DNA of 64,000 bases, from assembly GCA_050304755.1 (NCBI GenBank), contig JBNLED010000113.1:4376-68375 (forward strand). The letters are read 5' to 3'. Shown in pieces: positions 10,398 to 20,119 of the stretch. How positions within the stretch are numbered: position 1 is the stretch's first letter; every line of letters begins with the position of its first letter. The DNA comes from Polyangia bacterium (lineage in GTDB: Bacteria > Myxococcota_A > Polyangia > JAAYKL01). The notes under the pieces are model-generated. The model made no database searches and was not told where the DNA came from. It saw nothing but the letters and a program-made list of their open reading frames with translations. Position numbers and translations under genes: made by a program.

Positions 10398-13300
10398 TTA
10401 CGGACATGTCACCGTCACCTCCAGGCTCTCCGGCGTCAGCGCTACAGGGACCTCGAGGACCAAGAAGTGGGTCCCCGGCTGCACCGAAACGGTCAAGGTG
10501 TTCGTTCCGTGATCCGTGCACGTGGACGCGTCGCACCAGTCCGTCAGGTGCAGCACCTCGATGTCCATCGCGGGGGTTACTTCCGAGACTGCGACGGTCA
10601 GGGAACCCGCGGCGTCGACCGCCACGCTGATCACCCCCTCGACGCCGTCCAGAGAAACACCACAGCTCCCCTCGTAGTCGTAGTATTCGCTGCTCTCGAA
10701 ATGGTCCTGGGTCATCGCGGTCTTCCCGCAGGTCGCCGCCACCGGCGCCATCGGCTGCTGCTCGCACTGGATGCCGGACACCATCTCGTAACAAACGTCC
10801 ATCGTACAGAGGCTCCCATCGACGCAGGGGCGGACCTCGGCGGGGACGCATACGCCGAGCTCACAAGTGGCGGCCTCTCCCATACACGGCGCGCCGTCAC
10901 ACGGGTCGCCGTTTTGCTTTGTCGTGTGAGCCCCGCACACCGCGGTGCCGTTGTCGTCGGTGCAGGCGTCGTCGGTGCAGGGGTCTCCGTCCTCACAGGG
11001 GAGCTCATCCGCGTCCTGACACTCGCCGTCCAGACACCGGTTGTCGCCGTTGCAGGGATCGTCATCACAGGGGGTTCCGTCCACCGCCGCGAGCTCGTTG
11101 CATCGGTCGTTGTCTTCGTCGCACGCCAACAAGGTGCAGGGATCGCCCGTCGCTCCAGCACAGGGGGGCGTCCCCGTGCCGGGATCGGCGCACACCCCGC
11201 TCGCGGTGCAGACCTTCGCGACGTCCCCGAGGCAGAACAGGGCGCCCGTACACGCCTCCCCCTGGTTTCTGGGGGTGTAGACGCACTCATCGGCACCCTC
11301 ATCGCAGCTCTCCAGCATGCAGAAGGTGGAGTTGGTGCACGGCGCCGTCCCTTCGGTGCAGACCCCGCCGAAGCAGCGCTCCGGACCGTTGCAGAAGTCG
11401 CCGTCGCTGCAACTGACACCCTCGGGGGCGTCGCTGGTCTGGCATTGGAATCCCGAGGTACACAGATCGACGGAGCACTCGCCACCGAGGTCGCAGTCCG
11501 AAGAATCGGCGCAGCAGTCGCCGCCCTCACAACAGATGCCGCTGACCGAATCGCAGTAACCCGATGCGCAGTCGCCGGCGACGAGACACTCGCTCCCGTT
11601 CGGTTTCCGGGGAAGACAGACCGTCTGGTCGCAGGAATAACCGGCGGCGCACAATTCGTTGTCCCCGGCGCAATCGTCCAGACAACTGAACGCCTCCCCG
11701 CAGAGGAAGCCGCCGCACTCGCTGTCGCTGAGACAGCAATCGCCGGCATCGCAGCAGACGCCGGTCGACACCTCGCAGTGCTCCGAGAGGCAGTCGGTGT
11801 CCTCGAAGCAGAACCGTTCGCCGTTCAGGAGATCGGCGGTGCAGAGGCCCGCGTCGCAGTGGTAATCCCCGAAGTCCGCGCAGTCATCGGCGTCGGTGCA
11901 GGCGGTCAGGCAGGCATCCGTCGCCGGGTCGCAGATGAGGAGAAAGTCGCCGCACTGGCTGTTGTCGTCACAGCAGTAACCGTCGTCGCAGCAGACGCCG
12001 GTCGCCTCGTTGCAGTTTCCGGAGGCGCAGTCCGTGTTGGCATCGCACTGGCTCTCCCCTGAAAGCAAATCCGGAACGCACGCGTCCTGGACACAATGGT
12101 AACTCTCCACGCAGTCGCCGTCGTCGGCGCAGGTGGCCTTGCAGTCGTAGGTGACGGACCCCGGCGCGCACTCGAAGGTATCGCCGATATAGCCGCCCTC
12201 GCACGCCGACAGCGCGACGCAGCCCCCGTTGCCGTCGCAGCGCTGATCGCCCGTGCACGTCTCCCCCTCCGTGAGGTCGAAGGAGGCGCACGCCAGAGGA
12301 TAGTAGCGGCACTGCTTCGAGCCCAGGCAGGAGGCGGTGTCGCAGAGGCGGTCCGCGGTGCAGTCCTCGGCCGAGGCGCAGCACTCTCCGGAGGCGCAGC
12401 AGTACCCGTTATCGCAATGCCCGGAGGCGCATTCGAGGTCGGTCTCACAGGCGTCTCCGTTCCGGAGCGTTCCGGAGACGCAGCCGCCGTCGACACAGGC
12501 GAATCCCGCGGCGCACAGCGCGTCCGAGTCCTCCCCGCCCTCCGCGCAGGACGGCGCGCAAACATATCCGTCGTCTACGAGGCACGCCATCCCGCCGCAG
12601 TCGTCGTCCGAGACGCAACACGCATCTCCCTCACAGCAGATCCCCTTTAGAAGATCGCAGTGATCGGAGCGGCAGTCGGAATCCTCGTCGCACCACACCT
12701 CGCCGTTCGCCAGGTCGTCGTAACACCAACCGTTGTCACAGTGATTGTCTGCAGCGGCGGAGCAACGCGCGTCGCTATCCGCCCCGTCCATGTCGGCGCA
12801 GCTGGTCAGGCAGGAGAAGCTCGTTGCGTCGCAGGCGTAGCGACCGCAATCCCCGTCCCGGATGCAGCAGCTGCCCGATTCGCAGCAGATCGCGCTCGAA
12901 GGATCGCAGTGTCCCGATTCGCAGTCGAGGTTGGCGTCGCAGCCGACCTCTCCGTTGGCCATCCGAACAGCGCACGCGGTGTCGACGCAGGCATAGCCCT
13001 CGTTGCAGTGGGCGTTGCTCGAGCAGGATTCGCGGCAGCTCTCTACGATATTGCCATCGATGCATTCGTAGCTGCCGCTGCCCCCGTACGCTACGGAAAC
13101 GCAGGGTTCAGCGGCGACGCACCCGCCCTCGCCGTCGCACCGGCTGTCGCCGCTGCACGGGGTGTCGGAGGCCTGGTCCAGAGCGCCGCAGGGCAGCAGG
13201 TTGTACTGACAGTGGAAGTTGCCGTCACAGAACGACGCCTCGCAGGTCCGCTCCGGGCAGTCCGAGTTGTCGCCCGGTGTTCCGCAACAATAGCCCTCAT

Positions 13301-13667
13301 CGCAGCAGATCCCGTTCTGGCAGTGGCCGGAGTCGCAGTCCTCGTCGTCGGTGCAGGGGGATCCGTCCGCCCCCGCTTCGATGGTGTCGCCGGCGTCCGG
13401 CGGCGGCGCGTCCGACGCCGAGTCCTCACCGGGCTCTGTCTCCCTGTCGCTCTCTGCGGGCTCCGAGTCCCCGTCGGTGGACTCCGAGGCAGCGGAGCCG
13501 GCATCCTCCTCGGCGGCTCGGCACGATCCCTTTGCGCAGATTTCATCATCGCTGCAGTCCGAATCGGTCTTGCACTCATCGCACCCCAGTAGCCCCACAT
13601 ATGAGAGGCTGAAGGCGATGACCAACGGGCGCCACCATACTCTCGTGGTGCAATCAATACGCTTCAT
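10398..13667 (-). CDS. Giant cysteine-rich lipoprotein (1089 aa) with CxSGHCDxxxxxCCxxGxCC modules; cassette copy 2, small member and paralogue of 1609-5343
   Basis: The N-terminus MKRIDCTTRVWWRPLVIAFSLSYVGLLGCDECKTDSDC carries an LLGC lipobox. An AAGGA ribosome-binding site lies about 8 nt upstream of ATG 13667. The C-terminal beta-sandwich (...TPAMDIEVLHLTDWCDASTCTDHGTN...VTVTCP) is shared with the 1244-aa protein. Confidence 0.8.
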   Translation of the reverse strand: MKRIDCTTRVWWRPLVIAFSLSYVGLLGCDECKTDSDCSDDEICAKGSCRAAEEDAGSAASESTDGDSEPAESDRETEPGEDSASDAPPPDAGDTIEAGADGSPCTDDEDCDSGHCQNGICCDEGYCCGTPGDNSDCPERTCEASFCDGNFHCQYNLLPCGALDQASDTPCSGDSRCDGEGGCVAAEPCVSVAYGGSGSYECIDGNIVESCRESCSSNAHCNEGYACVDTACAVRMANGEVGCDANLDCESGHCDPSSAICCESGSCCIRDGDCGRYACDATSFSCLTSCADMDGADSDARCSAAADNHCDNGWCYDDLANGEVWCDEDSDCRSDHCDLLKGICCEGDACCVSDDDCGGMACLVDDGYVCAPSCAEGGEDSDALCAAGFACVDGGCVSGTLRNGDACETDLECASGHCDNGYCCASGECCASAEDCTADRLCDTASCLGSKQCRYYPLACASFDLTEGETCTGDQRCDGNGGCVALSACEGGYIGDTFECAPGSVTYDCKATCADDGDCVESYHCVQDACVPDLLSGESQCDANTDCASGNCNEATGVCCDDGYCCDDNSQCGDFLLICDPATDACLTACTDADDCADFGDYHCDAGLCTADLLNGERFCFEDTDCLSEHCEVSTGVCCDAGDCCLSDSECGGFLCGEAFSCLDDCAGDNELCAAGYSCDQTVCLPRKPNGSECLVAGDCASGYCDSVSGICCEGGDCCADSSDCDLGGECSVDLCTSGFQCQTSDAPEGVSCSDGDFCNGPERCFGGVCTEGTAPCTNSTFCMLESCDEGADECVYTPRNQGEACTGALFCLGDVAKVCTASGVCADPGTGTPPCAGATGDPCTLLACDEDNDRCNELAAVDGTPCDDDPCNGDNRCLDGECQDADELPCEDGDPCTDDACTDDNGTAVCGAHTTKQNGDPCDGAPCMGEAATCELGVCVPAEVRPCVDGSLCTMDVCYEMVSGIQCEQQPMAPVAATCGKTAMTQDHFESSEYYDYEGSCGVSLDGVEGVISVAVDAAGSLTVAVSEVTPAMDIEVLHLTDWCDASTCTDHGTNTLTVSVQPGTHFLVLEVPVALTPESLEVTVTCP

Positions 13668-13699
13668 AAACAGATCCTTTCACAGCGAGATCCATCGGG

Positions 13700-16600
13700 C
13701 TATAGATTCGGTATCGAATGGTTGACCCCCGTGTACCGCAACTTCACGGTGCGGGATCCGCTCCCTTGGAGCTCGATGACCGTGGCGCAGCTGTCGTCTA
13801 TTCGGTAGTCGGTGGTCAACGCCATCTGGTTGCCGGAGAAGGACTCGTCGTCACTCCTGCCGGAGCAGCTGTTGGACCAATGGAACGGGAGGGGATACTC
13901 GTTCCCGCCGTTTTTGGTTTTCAACCACATAAATTTATTGTTCCAATGCGCGGGATAGTGATCCCGGACCATGACGCAGGCGTCGTTGCTGACCGTAACC
14001 CAGTTGTTTTCCCCCCCCAGGTCGGTGGCGGTGGCCTCGCTGCAGCCGGCGGTGGCCGCGCAGACGCCGCCGGTGCAATCGTCGCTCTCGCAGTCGCTGT
14101 CCACGATGCAGGTCTGGCCCTCCGCGCAGGGGGCGCAGACAGCCCCCCCGCAGTCCACGTCGGTCTCGTCGCCGTTTTGGGTGTAGCTATAGCAGGTGTT
14201 CAGATAGGTCATCGAGATGCCGTAGCTGCCGTCGTCGCGCCAACCGTAGCCGTCCACCAGGAGGTAGTAGGGCTGGCGGGAGATGTACAGATCCGCGGCG
14301 AAGTGGGGCATGCCCCAGCGGCCGCAGCCATCATCGTTCCACATGACCTGGTCGCCCTGGCAATCGAAGAGCGCCATCTGACCGTCGAACCAGCCGTAGC
14401 CCCCGCCCCAGCAGCCGCTGAAGAGCACGTAGGAATTCTCCAGTACATCGATTCTCCAAAGCTCGTCATTGCCGCCCCAGCCCCCGTGGATGTCGTAGTC
14501 GTTAGAGCTATCGCTGGTGTCGCCGTCGACGATGCTGTCCGGGCTGAAGCCGTCTGCCACCCCTTCAACGGTGTAGACACCGTTGACCGCGGCCCCGTAC
14601 CAACTCTGGGGATCGACGCAGTCCGACGGGCAGGGTCCCTCGGTGACGGTGAGCGCGTAGTGGCAGTCGTCGCCCAGCGCGGAGTTGCAGGGCCTGTTGG
14701 TATAGCCCCACTGGGACAGGGAGAAGAGATAGAGCTCCCCGGCGCCGGCGGTGAACTCCCACTCGACGTTGCCGCCCGCGTCGTCGTGGCGGCAGTCGAT
14801 GGGCGTGTAGGCGTCACTGCAGATGGTCAGGGCCTGCGAATCGGTGCGCCGGGCGCCGACGATGGTGAGGTCCGCGGCGTTATCGACTGATTCGTCGGTT
14901 TGGATGCAGTAGGTCTGATCGCCGTCGGCCAGGTTCCGGTGAATCTTGAAGTACTCCCGGTTGGGCCAGAACTCGTTCGCGGCATATCCCCCCTGGTGGC
15001 AGCCGGTGGGGGAGGGCCAAGTGGCGCAGTCGTGCCCGCCGCAGGCGCCGCCGGTGGCGGGCTCGCTGTTCACCACGCCGTCCAGGGTCCCGAGGAAGGT
15101 CTGTCCCGCCGCGCCCACGTCGGTGATGTCGTACACCCGGGTGTCATCGTTGGCCCGGGCGCAGGGGCTCGCCTGGAGGGGCTGTCGTTCCACCGTCAGG
15201 TAGAAGTTTCCGGAGGCGCCGCCGATGCCGTCGATGAAGACGAATATGTGCCGCGGCGAACCGTCCGTGTCTCCCTCGGGTGAGACCGTCGCGACGGCCA
15301 TATATTCGTAGTCGTCGTACTCGGCATCCATCGGCGTCTCGGACTCGCAGTCAAAGGGATCATCCGGGTAGGTCCACAGCGTGTCGCAGTCGCCGGTGTG
15401 GGTCCAGGGATCGTAGCCGGCGCCGCCGGCACCGTCACACATGTCGCAGGAGGTGCCGTCGTTTTCGTACCCGCGCTTGCACCATTTGAAGCCGCAGGAG
15501 GCGCCTTCGATACACGGATCGCAGCACTCCTGATCTCGAAGCGCGTTTCCGTCGAGGGCACACTGCTCCTCGATGGCCGGCGGTGCGACGGTGTTTTTGT
15601 AGGGATAGGCGCACATCTTGGACGAGACCCCGGCGGAGGCCGACGCGTCATCGGCCGGCCGATTCCCCTCCGGGCAATCATTGGCGGTGGAGATGCCCGT
15701 CTCGACATACACACCGACCTCGAAGTTCGCCTGTACTTTAATGACATAGGAATAGAGTTGATAATCGTTCGCGGTATTGGTGGGGTATTCAAAGACATAG
15801 ACGACATCATTGCCGCTGGTCCCCAGATCATTGCCGCTGGTCTTCTCGGTGCATGTATCCGCGATAGAGTTGTAGTTGTTGTTGGCGCAGGTCGTGCTCC
15901 CGGCAATACCCCCGACGGGGACGGTGCCGAGATAGCCTACATGAGAGGTGTTGAGAGACGCGGGGGCGGCGGCGTCGAACAGATCGGAGCAGAGGTTGTT
16001 GTTTGCGGTGTGCGAGACCGGATCACAGGTTCCCGCGCCGTCGCATTCGCCGTCATAGCAGTTGGTCGGGTACAGCAGGTCGTTGTAGTCGATGCAGGCG
16101 CTGTCCGCTGCTTCGTGGTTGCACACACACTCGTTGTCCACGCAGGCCAGCTGACTGCATCCGTCCGGCGGCAGGGGGGTGCCGATACAACCGAGCCCCG
16201 AGTCCGCGCAGTCCGAGACGTCCAGGCAGCAGTCCGCTACCGGCGTATCGTCGCATTCGTAGCTGTTGTCGCCGGTGGATCGGCAGGCGGACGTGTGGCA
16301 GTCGTCCGGCGGGCTGCAGACGGCGTCGTCGCCCTTGACGCACGCGCCGTCGTCGCAGTGGTCGTCCTGCGTGCAGCCGTCCCCGTCAGCGCTGCACGAG
16401 GTGGAGCTGTCGGCCTTCACGGTATCACAGCTGCTGTCGTATGGATTCGATGCGAGGCAGACGCCGGACACGCAGGGCAGGTTGTTCAGACCGGAGCAGT
16501 CCCTTTCGTCACCCAACATGCACTCAGCGCCCACGGCTGGGTCTCCCGAGTCGACGCATTCATCAAGGGTGCAGCCGTCGCCGTCCAGATCGCAGCTTCC

Positions 16601-19153
16601 CGGGGAGGTCGACTTGACGACGGCTTCGCAATGGTAGCTATTGACGCTGTCGTCCACGCACACCGCGGTGTTGCAGTCCGTGTCGACACCGAGCGCGCTC
16701 TCGCAGGCAGCGGCGGTGACGGTGACGCCCTTGACGCACGCGCCGCTGTCGCAGTGGTCATCCCGGGTACAACCGTCGTCGTCGAAATTGCAGGACGCCG
16801 TGACCGGCTCGTCGGTGTTGTTGCATTGATATGTATTCCAGGTGAGCGACTCGCAACTGTCCGCGGTGCATTCATTCCCGTCGGAGCAGGAAACGGTGGA
16901 CACGGGCGTGCAGGTGAGACGCCCGTCGGCGGCGGGCCCCTGGCAGGTCTCTACCGTGCAGCCGCTGTCGTCCAGGTTGCACGGCGCGTCAAGGAGACGG
17001 TCATTGTCATACACGCAATCCCCTGTCCCGGGATCGCAGGTGACGCGGTTGCATTGATCCTCCATGCCGGAGCAGTCCACCGGCGCGTCTGCGACGCAGA
17101 CCCCGGATTGACACGTGTCATTCGGCGTGCAGTCGCTGTTATCCCTGTTGCAGGGAGCCCCTTCGTGGGGTATCGGGTCCCGCTCGCAGTCGCCGGTGGT
17201 CGGGTTGCAGACGCCGGTGTTGCAGGCGTCGTCCATCCCCGAGCAGTCCTTTATCTCCGTGTCCGCGATACATCGGCCGTTTCCATCGCAGGCGTCGTCG
17301 ACCGTGCAGGCGTTGCCGTCCGCGTCGCAGGACGTGCCCGCCACGAGGTAATCGGGCTCGCACTCCCCGGTGGACGGGTTGCAGACGCCGTTTGCGCACG
17401 CGGTGGTTTCACCGGAGCAATCGAGCGGCGGGCCTTTGACGCAGATACCCGAAACGTTGCAGGTATCGACCGTGCAGGGATCGACATCGCAGCCCGCGCC
17501 GGATCGTATCGCGTTCTCACACTCCCCGCTGATGCACGAGTCGGCGGTACAGTCATTCCCGTCGTCGCAGTTCTTTTCCGCGCCGGATCGGCACACGCCG
17601 AAGCCGCCGCCGTCTTGGCAGGTGTCACCCACGGTGCAGGGATCTCCGTCATCGCAGGCCTCCCCGATGAGGTCCGCGTAGGAGAGCGTGCAGTTGTCTT
17701 CGCCGTTCCCATCGATACACGAATACCGGTTGCACTGCAGGTCGTAGCCCTCGGGGTTGTGGGCGGCGCAATCCGTGGAGACAGACGCCTCGAAGCCAGC
17801 GAGGCAGACAATATCGCTGCAGTGGTCCGGGTCGCTGTAGCCGAAGTCAGTCGCGTCCCCGTTCCGCGGCGGGTTCTCGCAGGTCCAGACGATGTGATTC
17901 GGGTCTTCGTCCGTGCAGGCGTCCGGAAAGGTGCACCAGTTGGCGTCGTCACAATCCTGTACTTCTCCGGAAACGCACGCCCCGAATGCGTCGCATCTGT
18001 CGACCGTGCAGGCGTTGTCATCCCCGTTGCACGGGACACCGATGTGATCGGAGGGATCGTGGTGGCAGGCGCCGGCTGCGCAATAGCCCGACTCGCAGGG
18101 GTTCCCCGACGCGTCATCGCAGTGAAGCGTGTCGGACAGGTCCGATCTGGCCACGCAGCGCCCTGAGCCGTCGCATTTTTGAAAGTAGCAGCTCGTCGTA
18201 TCCATATCGTCGCTGCGGGGACCATTGCCGTACCAAGCCGGGTCGACGCCCTGCGGGTTGTCCTCGCAGTCGCCGTTCTCGTTGCTGAAATCCACGGCGC
18301 AGCTGCCGCGGACACACCACTCGACGGCGCAATCGGCGCTGAGCTCACCGGCGAGGTTGTTGCAACCGGGGCTCTCCGGGACATCTCCATCGATGGCGGG
18401 GAACTGACACAAACCGTTCTCGCATCGATTGGCGGTACAGGGATTGCCGTCGTCACAATCGGCTTCGCTGTCGCAATCCTCGTCCCTCATAGCACAGTTT
18501 TCGTTGGCACAGAATCCGAACCCGGCGCCGTCGCTTCGCCGTGGATAGGCCCCCTCACAGCAGTAGCCGGCGTAGCCATTCTGAACATCTTTGCACATCG
18601 ACTCCGGTGAGTCATATCCCGCGATCCCCCCCGGCTTGCAGCCGCCCCAACAGGCGCAGACGAGGAAGCCGTTGCAGTAGGATGGCCCGCACACCCCGAG
18701 GTCGGTGTTGCAGACGCCCTGTCTGGTGTTGCCGTCGTTGCAGTCGGAGTTGCTGCGGCATTCACACAACCCCTGCCCTGAAGGACCGGTCAAATCGTAG
18801 TTGCAGGACTGGTTGTTGGGGCAGCTCTTGTCAGGGGAGCACGTGACGCCGTCGCTATCGGCATCCTCCCACCAGCATCCGGATATCTCTCCGGGTTCGG
18901 TGCAGCACTCTTCATTCGCGAATGGGGTGTGGGAGAGTTGGAATCGCGACAGAGATAATCGTCGATCCTCACGCTGGAGCATCGCCTCACCGGGAACTTC
19001 TGAAATAGTCACCACGGACGCTCCGTCCGGGTCATAAGACGAAGCCGCATCGTCTCGAGGCTCACAGGCGAAGAGCAGGATTATCGATGAGAACACGCAA
19101 AGGGTGATATTTTTAATTGAATGAATCATGACTCCCCATTCCTTGCTTTTCAA
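13700..19153 (-). CDS. Giant cysteine-rich lipoprotein (1817 aa) with CDDGNxCTxDxC-type repeats, three PPC-like domains, and C-terminal Cys-knot and CBM-like beta-sandwich domains; cassette copy 2, large member and paralogue of 5452-10338
   Basis: The N-terminus MKSKEWGVMIHSIKNITLCVFSSIILLFACEP carries an LFAC lipobox, and an alternative start lies at 19129. The N-terminal ECCTEPGEISGCWWEDADSDGVTC block matches ECCSEAGQITECWMQDAEDDGVTC in protein A. The C-terminal approximately 650 aa align with protein A (CCDPC...KWCKRGY..DG(T/S)SCD(M/I)C(D/A)GAGG(A/P)GYDPWT...YYLLVDGYG). An extra approximately 170-aa tail is TCYSYTQNG...CAPCAEGQTC...RYTGVNHSIPNL. Confidence 0.8.
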   Translation of the reverse strand: MKSKEWGVMIHSIKNITLCVFSSIILLFACEPRDDAASSYDPDGASVVTISEVPGEAMLQREDRRLSLSRFQLSHTPFANEECCTEPGEISGCWWEDADSDGVTCSPDKSCPNNQSCNYDLTGPSGQGLCECRSNSDCNDGNTRQGVCNTDLGVCGPSYCNGFLVCACWGGCKPGGIAGYDSPESMCKDVQNGYAGYCCEGAYPRRSDGAGFGFCANENCAMRDEDCDSEADCDDGNPCTANRCENGLCQFPAIDGDVPESPGCNNLAGELSADCAVEWCVRGSCAVDFSNENGDCEDNPQGVDPAWYGNGPRSDDMDTTSCYFQKCDGSGRCVARSDLSDTLHCDDASGNPCESGYCAAGACHHDPSDHIGVPCNGDDNACTVDRCDAFGACVSGEVQDCDDANWCTFPDACTDEDPNHIVWTCENPPRNGDATDFGYSDPDHCSDIVCLAGFEASVSTDCAAHNPEGYDLQCNRYSCIDGNGEDNCTLSYADLIGEACDDGDPCTVGDTCQDGGGFGVCRSGAEKNCDDGNDCTADSCISGECENAIRSGAGCDVDPCTVDTCNVSGICVKGPPLDCSGETTACANGVCNPSTGECEPDYLVAGTSCDADGNACTVDDACDGNGRCIADTEIKDCSGMDDACNTGVCNPTTGDCERDPIPHEGAPCNRDNSDCTPNDTCQSGVCVADAPVDCSGMEDQCNRVTCDPGTGDCVYDNDRLLDAPCNLDDSGCTVETCQGPAADGRLTCTPVSTVSCSDGNECTADSCESLTWNTYQCNNTDEPVTASCNFDDDGCTRDDHCDSGACVKGVTVTAAACESALGVDTDCNTAVCVDDSVNSYHCEAVVKSTSPGSCDLDGDGCTLDECVDSGDPAVGAECMLGDERDCSGLNNLPCVSGVCLASNPYDSSCDTVKADSSTSCSADGDGCTQDDHCDDGACVKGDDAVCSPPDDCHTSACRSTGDNSYECDDTPVADCCLDVSDCADSGLGCIGTPLPPDGCSQLACVDNECVCNHEAADSACIDYNDLLYPTNCYDGECDGAGTCDPVSHTANNNLCSDLFDAAAPASLNTSHVGYLGTVPVGGIAGSTTCANNNYNSIADTCTEKTSGNDLGTSGNDVVYVFEYPTNTANDYQLYSYVIKVQANFEVGVYVETGISTANDCPEGNRPADDASASAGVSSKMCAYPYKNTVAPPAIEEQCALDGNALRDQECCDPCIEGASCGFKWCKRGYENDGTSCDMCDGAGGAGYDPWTHTGDCDTLWTYPDDPFDCESETPMDAEYDDYEYMAVATVSPEGDTDGSPRHIFVFIDGIGGASGNFYLTVERQPLQASPCARANDDTRVYDITDVGAAGQTFLGTLDGVVNSEPATGGACGGHDCATWPSPTGCHQGGYAANEFWPNREYFKIHRNLADGDQTYCIQTDESVDNAADLTIVGARRTDSQALTICSDAYTPIDCRHDDAGGNVEWEFTAGAGELYLFSLSQWGYTNRPCNSALGDDCHYALTVTEGPCPSDCVDPQSWYGAAVNGVYTVEGVADGFSPDSIVDGDTSDSSNDYDIHGGWGGNDELWRIDVLENSYVLFSGCWGGGYGWFDGQMALFDCQGDQVMWNDDGCGRWGMPHFAADLYISRQPYYLLVDGYGWRDDGSYGISMTYLNTCYSYTQNGDETDVDCGGAVCAPCAEGQTCIVDSDCESDDCTGGVCAATAGCSEATATDLGGENNWVTVSNDACVMVRDHYPAHWNNKFMWLKTKNGGNEYPLPFHWSNSCSGRSDDESFSGNQMALTTDYRIDDSCATVIELQGSGSRTVKLRYTGVNHSIPNL

Positions 19154-19275
19154 CTGTGCAATTGGTGCAAAAGATATACCAGGCGATTCGGCTTTTTAAT
19201 GTATTGAAATCATATAAAAATGGGTGTTCGGTTTGATTGGACCGACATTTAATGGCAGAAAAAAATTCCATCTGA

Positions 19276-19287
19276 GTCAATATTGAC
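19276..19287. promoter_or_regulatory. Perfect 12-bp palindrome GTCAATATTGAC in the AT-rich 200-bp island (19154-19353) upstream of the giant-protein gene block
   Basis: The palindrome is read directly from the sequence. It lies about 125-150 bp upstream of the first gene of the minus-strand block, in the only AT-rich stretch of this 19-kb region. A GTGCAAttgGTGCAA direct repeat at 19165-19179 lies nearby. Confidence 0.35.
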
Positions 19288-19353
19288 CCCAAAATGGTCC
19301 AAGTGTAAAAGTGGGATGTGCTTCAGATCCCCAAGGGTATGTAGCAGCCCTCA

Positions 19354-20064
19354 TTACTCTCTACAGCAGAGAACGCCCCCATAGGAGCCATCTGATTTTG
19401 TTACGTTAGCCGCCTCTTGGTAGCCATCATCTCCACATTCCCAGGGGGGTGTCTCGAGGCTGCCGCACAAGTTGTGACTGAAGACGTTCAATGGGCTGCA
19501 GGTTCCCCCATCAGGAGCGTCGCCGAGATCTCCGCAGCCGAAAACATCGTTGTTCCCTGCATCATCACAGCGCATGTTTCCCGAACCGGTTTGTCGTGTG
19601 ATGAAGATCATCTCGGGATCCCCCGTCACTGTCGCGCCGTCACATCCGGTGGCGCTGTTCGATGCGACCTCATCATTGCTGGTACAGACATGCCAACCCG
19701 GCGCACACAGATCCGAGACGTTGCATCCGGTTCCGTCGGAATTCTCGGCATCGTCGCCTGTTCCCCCGCACGAGGGCGCCACTACCGTAACCACCCCCGG
19801 CGTATCCCATGCACCGGAGCGGCCCGCTATATCGGGATAGGTATCGATATCAATGAAGCCCTCGCGTTCTCCATCAGCGCAACCGAGGGGGGTGCAGACG
19901 CCGCCGACACACTCTTCGCCGCTCGAGCAGATGTCTCCGGCATCGCCGCCGATCTCGCCGCAACCGGAGTCCCCATCGGAGTCCCCATCGGAATCGCCGT
20001 CGGAGTCACCGTCGAAGAAAAGAGTACCGACAATAGATAACGTCTCGGTCATTTTAGACTCCAT
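19354..20064 (-). CDS. Cys-rich secreted protein with a (DGDS)n acidic repeat, of unknown function
   Basis: The ORF has an AAGGA ribosome-binding site 8 nt upstream of ATG 20064. The product begins MESKMTETLSIVGTLFFDGDSDGDSDGDSDGDSGCGE... and contains numerous Cys and Gly residues. Confidence 0.55.
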   Translation of the reverse strand: MESKMTETLSIVGTLFFDGDSDGDSDGDSDGDSGCGEIGGDAGDICSSGEECVGGVCTPLGCADGEREGFIDIDTYPDIAGRSGAWDTPGVVTVVAPSCGGTGDDAENSDGTGCNVSDLCAPGWHVCTSNDEVASNSATGCDGATVTGDPEMIFITRQTGSGNMRCDDAGNNDVFGCGDLGDAPDGGTCSPLNVFSHNLCGSLETPPWECGDDGYQEAANVTKSDGSYGGVLCCRE

Positions 20065-20119
20065 GGGTAGTGTTCCTTTACAATCAGTGTGACTGTAAAA
20101 TTTCACCAGCACAAGATTA

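Noticed and set aside
5455-12062. Plus-strand ORFs 5455-7002, 8149-10119 and 10266-12062 inside the giant-gene block
   Set aside because: These are antisense shadow ORFs over the Cys-repeat genes. They have the same GC-driven composition and no motifs.
13718-18166. Plus-strand ORFs 13718-14890 and 15398-18166 (922 aa)
   Set aside because: They lie antisense to the 1817-aa gene, which has clear paralogy, a signal peptide and domain structure. They are shadow ORFs.
19154-19200. A sigma-54-like TGCAC-caa-TTGCA element on the minus strand upstream of the giant operon
   Set aside because: The spacing between the GG-like and GC elements is 2 nt too short for the -24/-12 consensus (TGGCACG-N4-TTGC), and the GG dinucleotide is missing.
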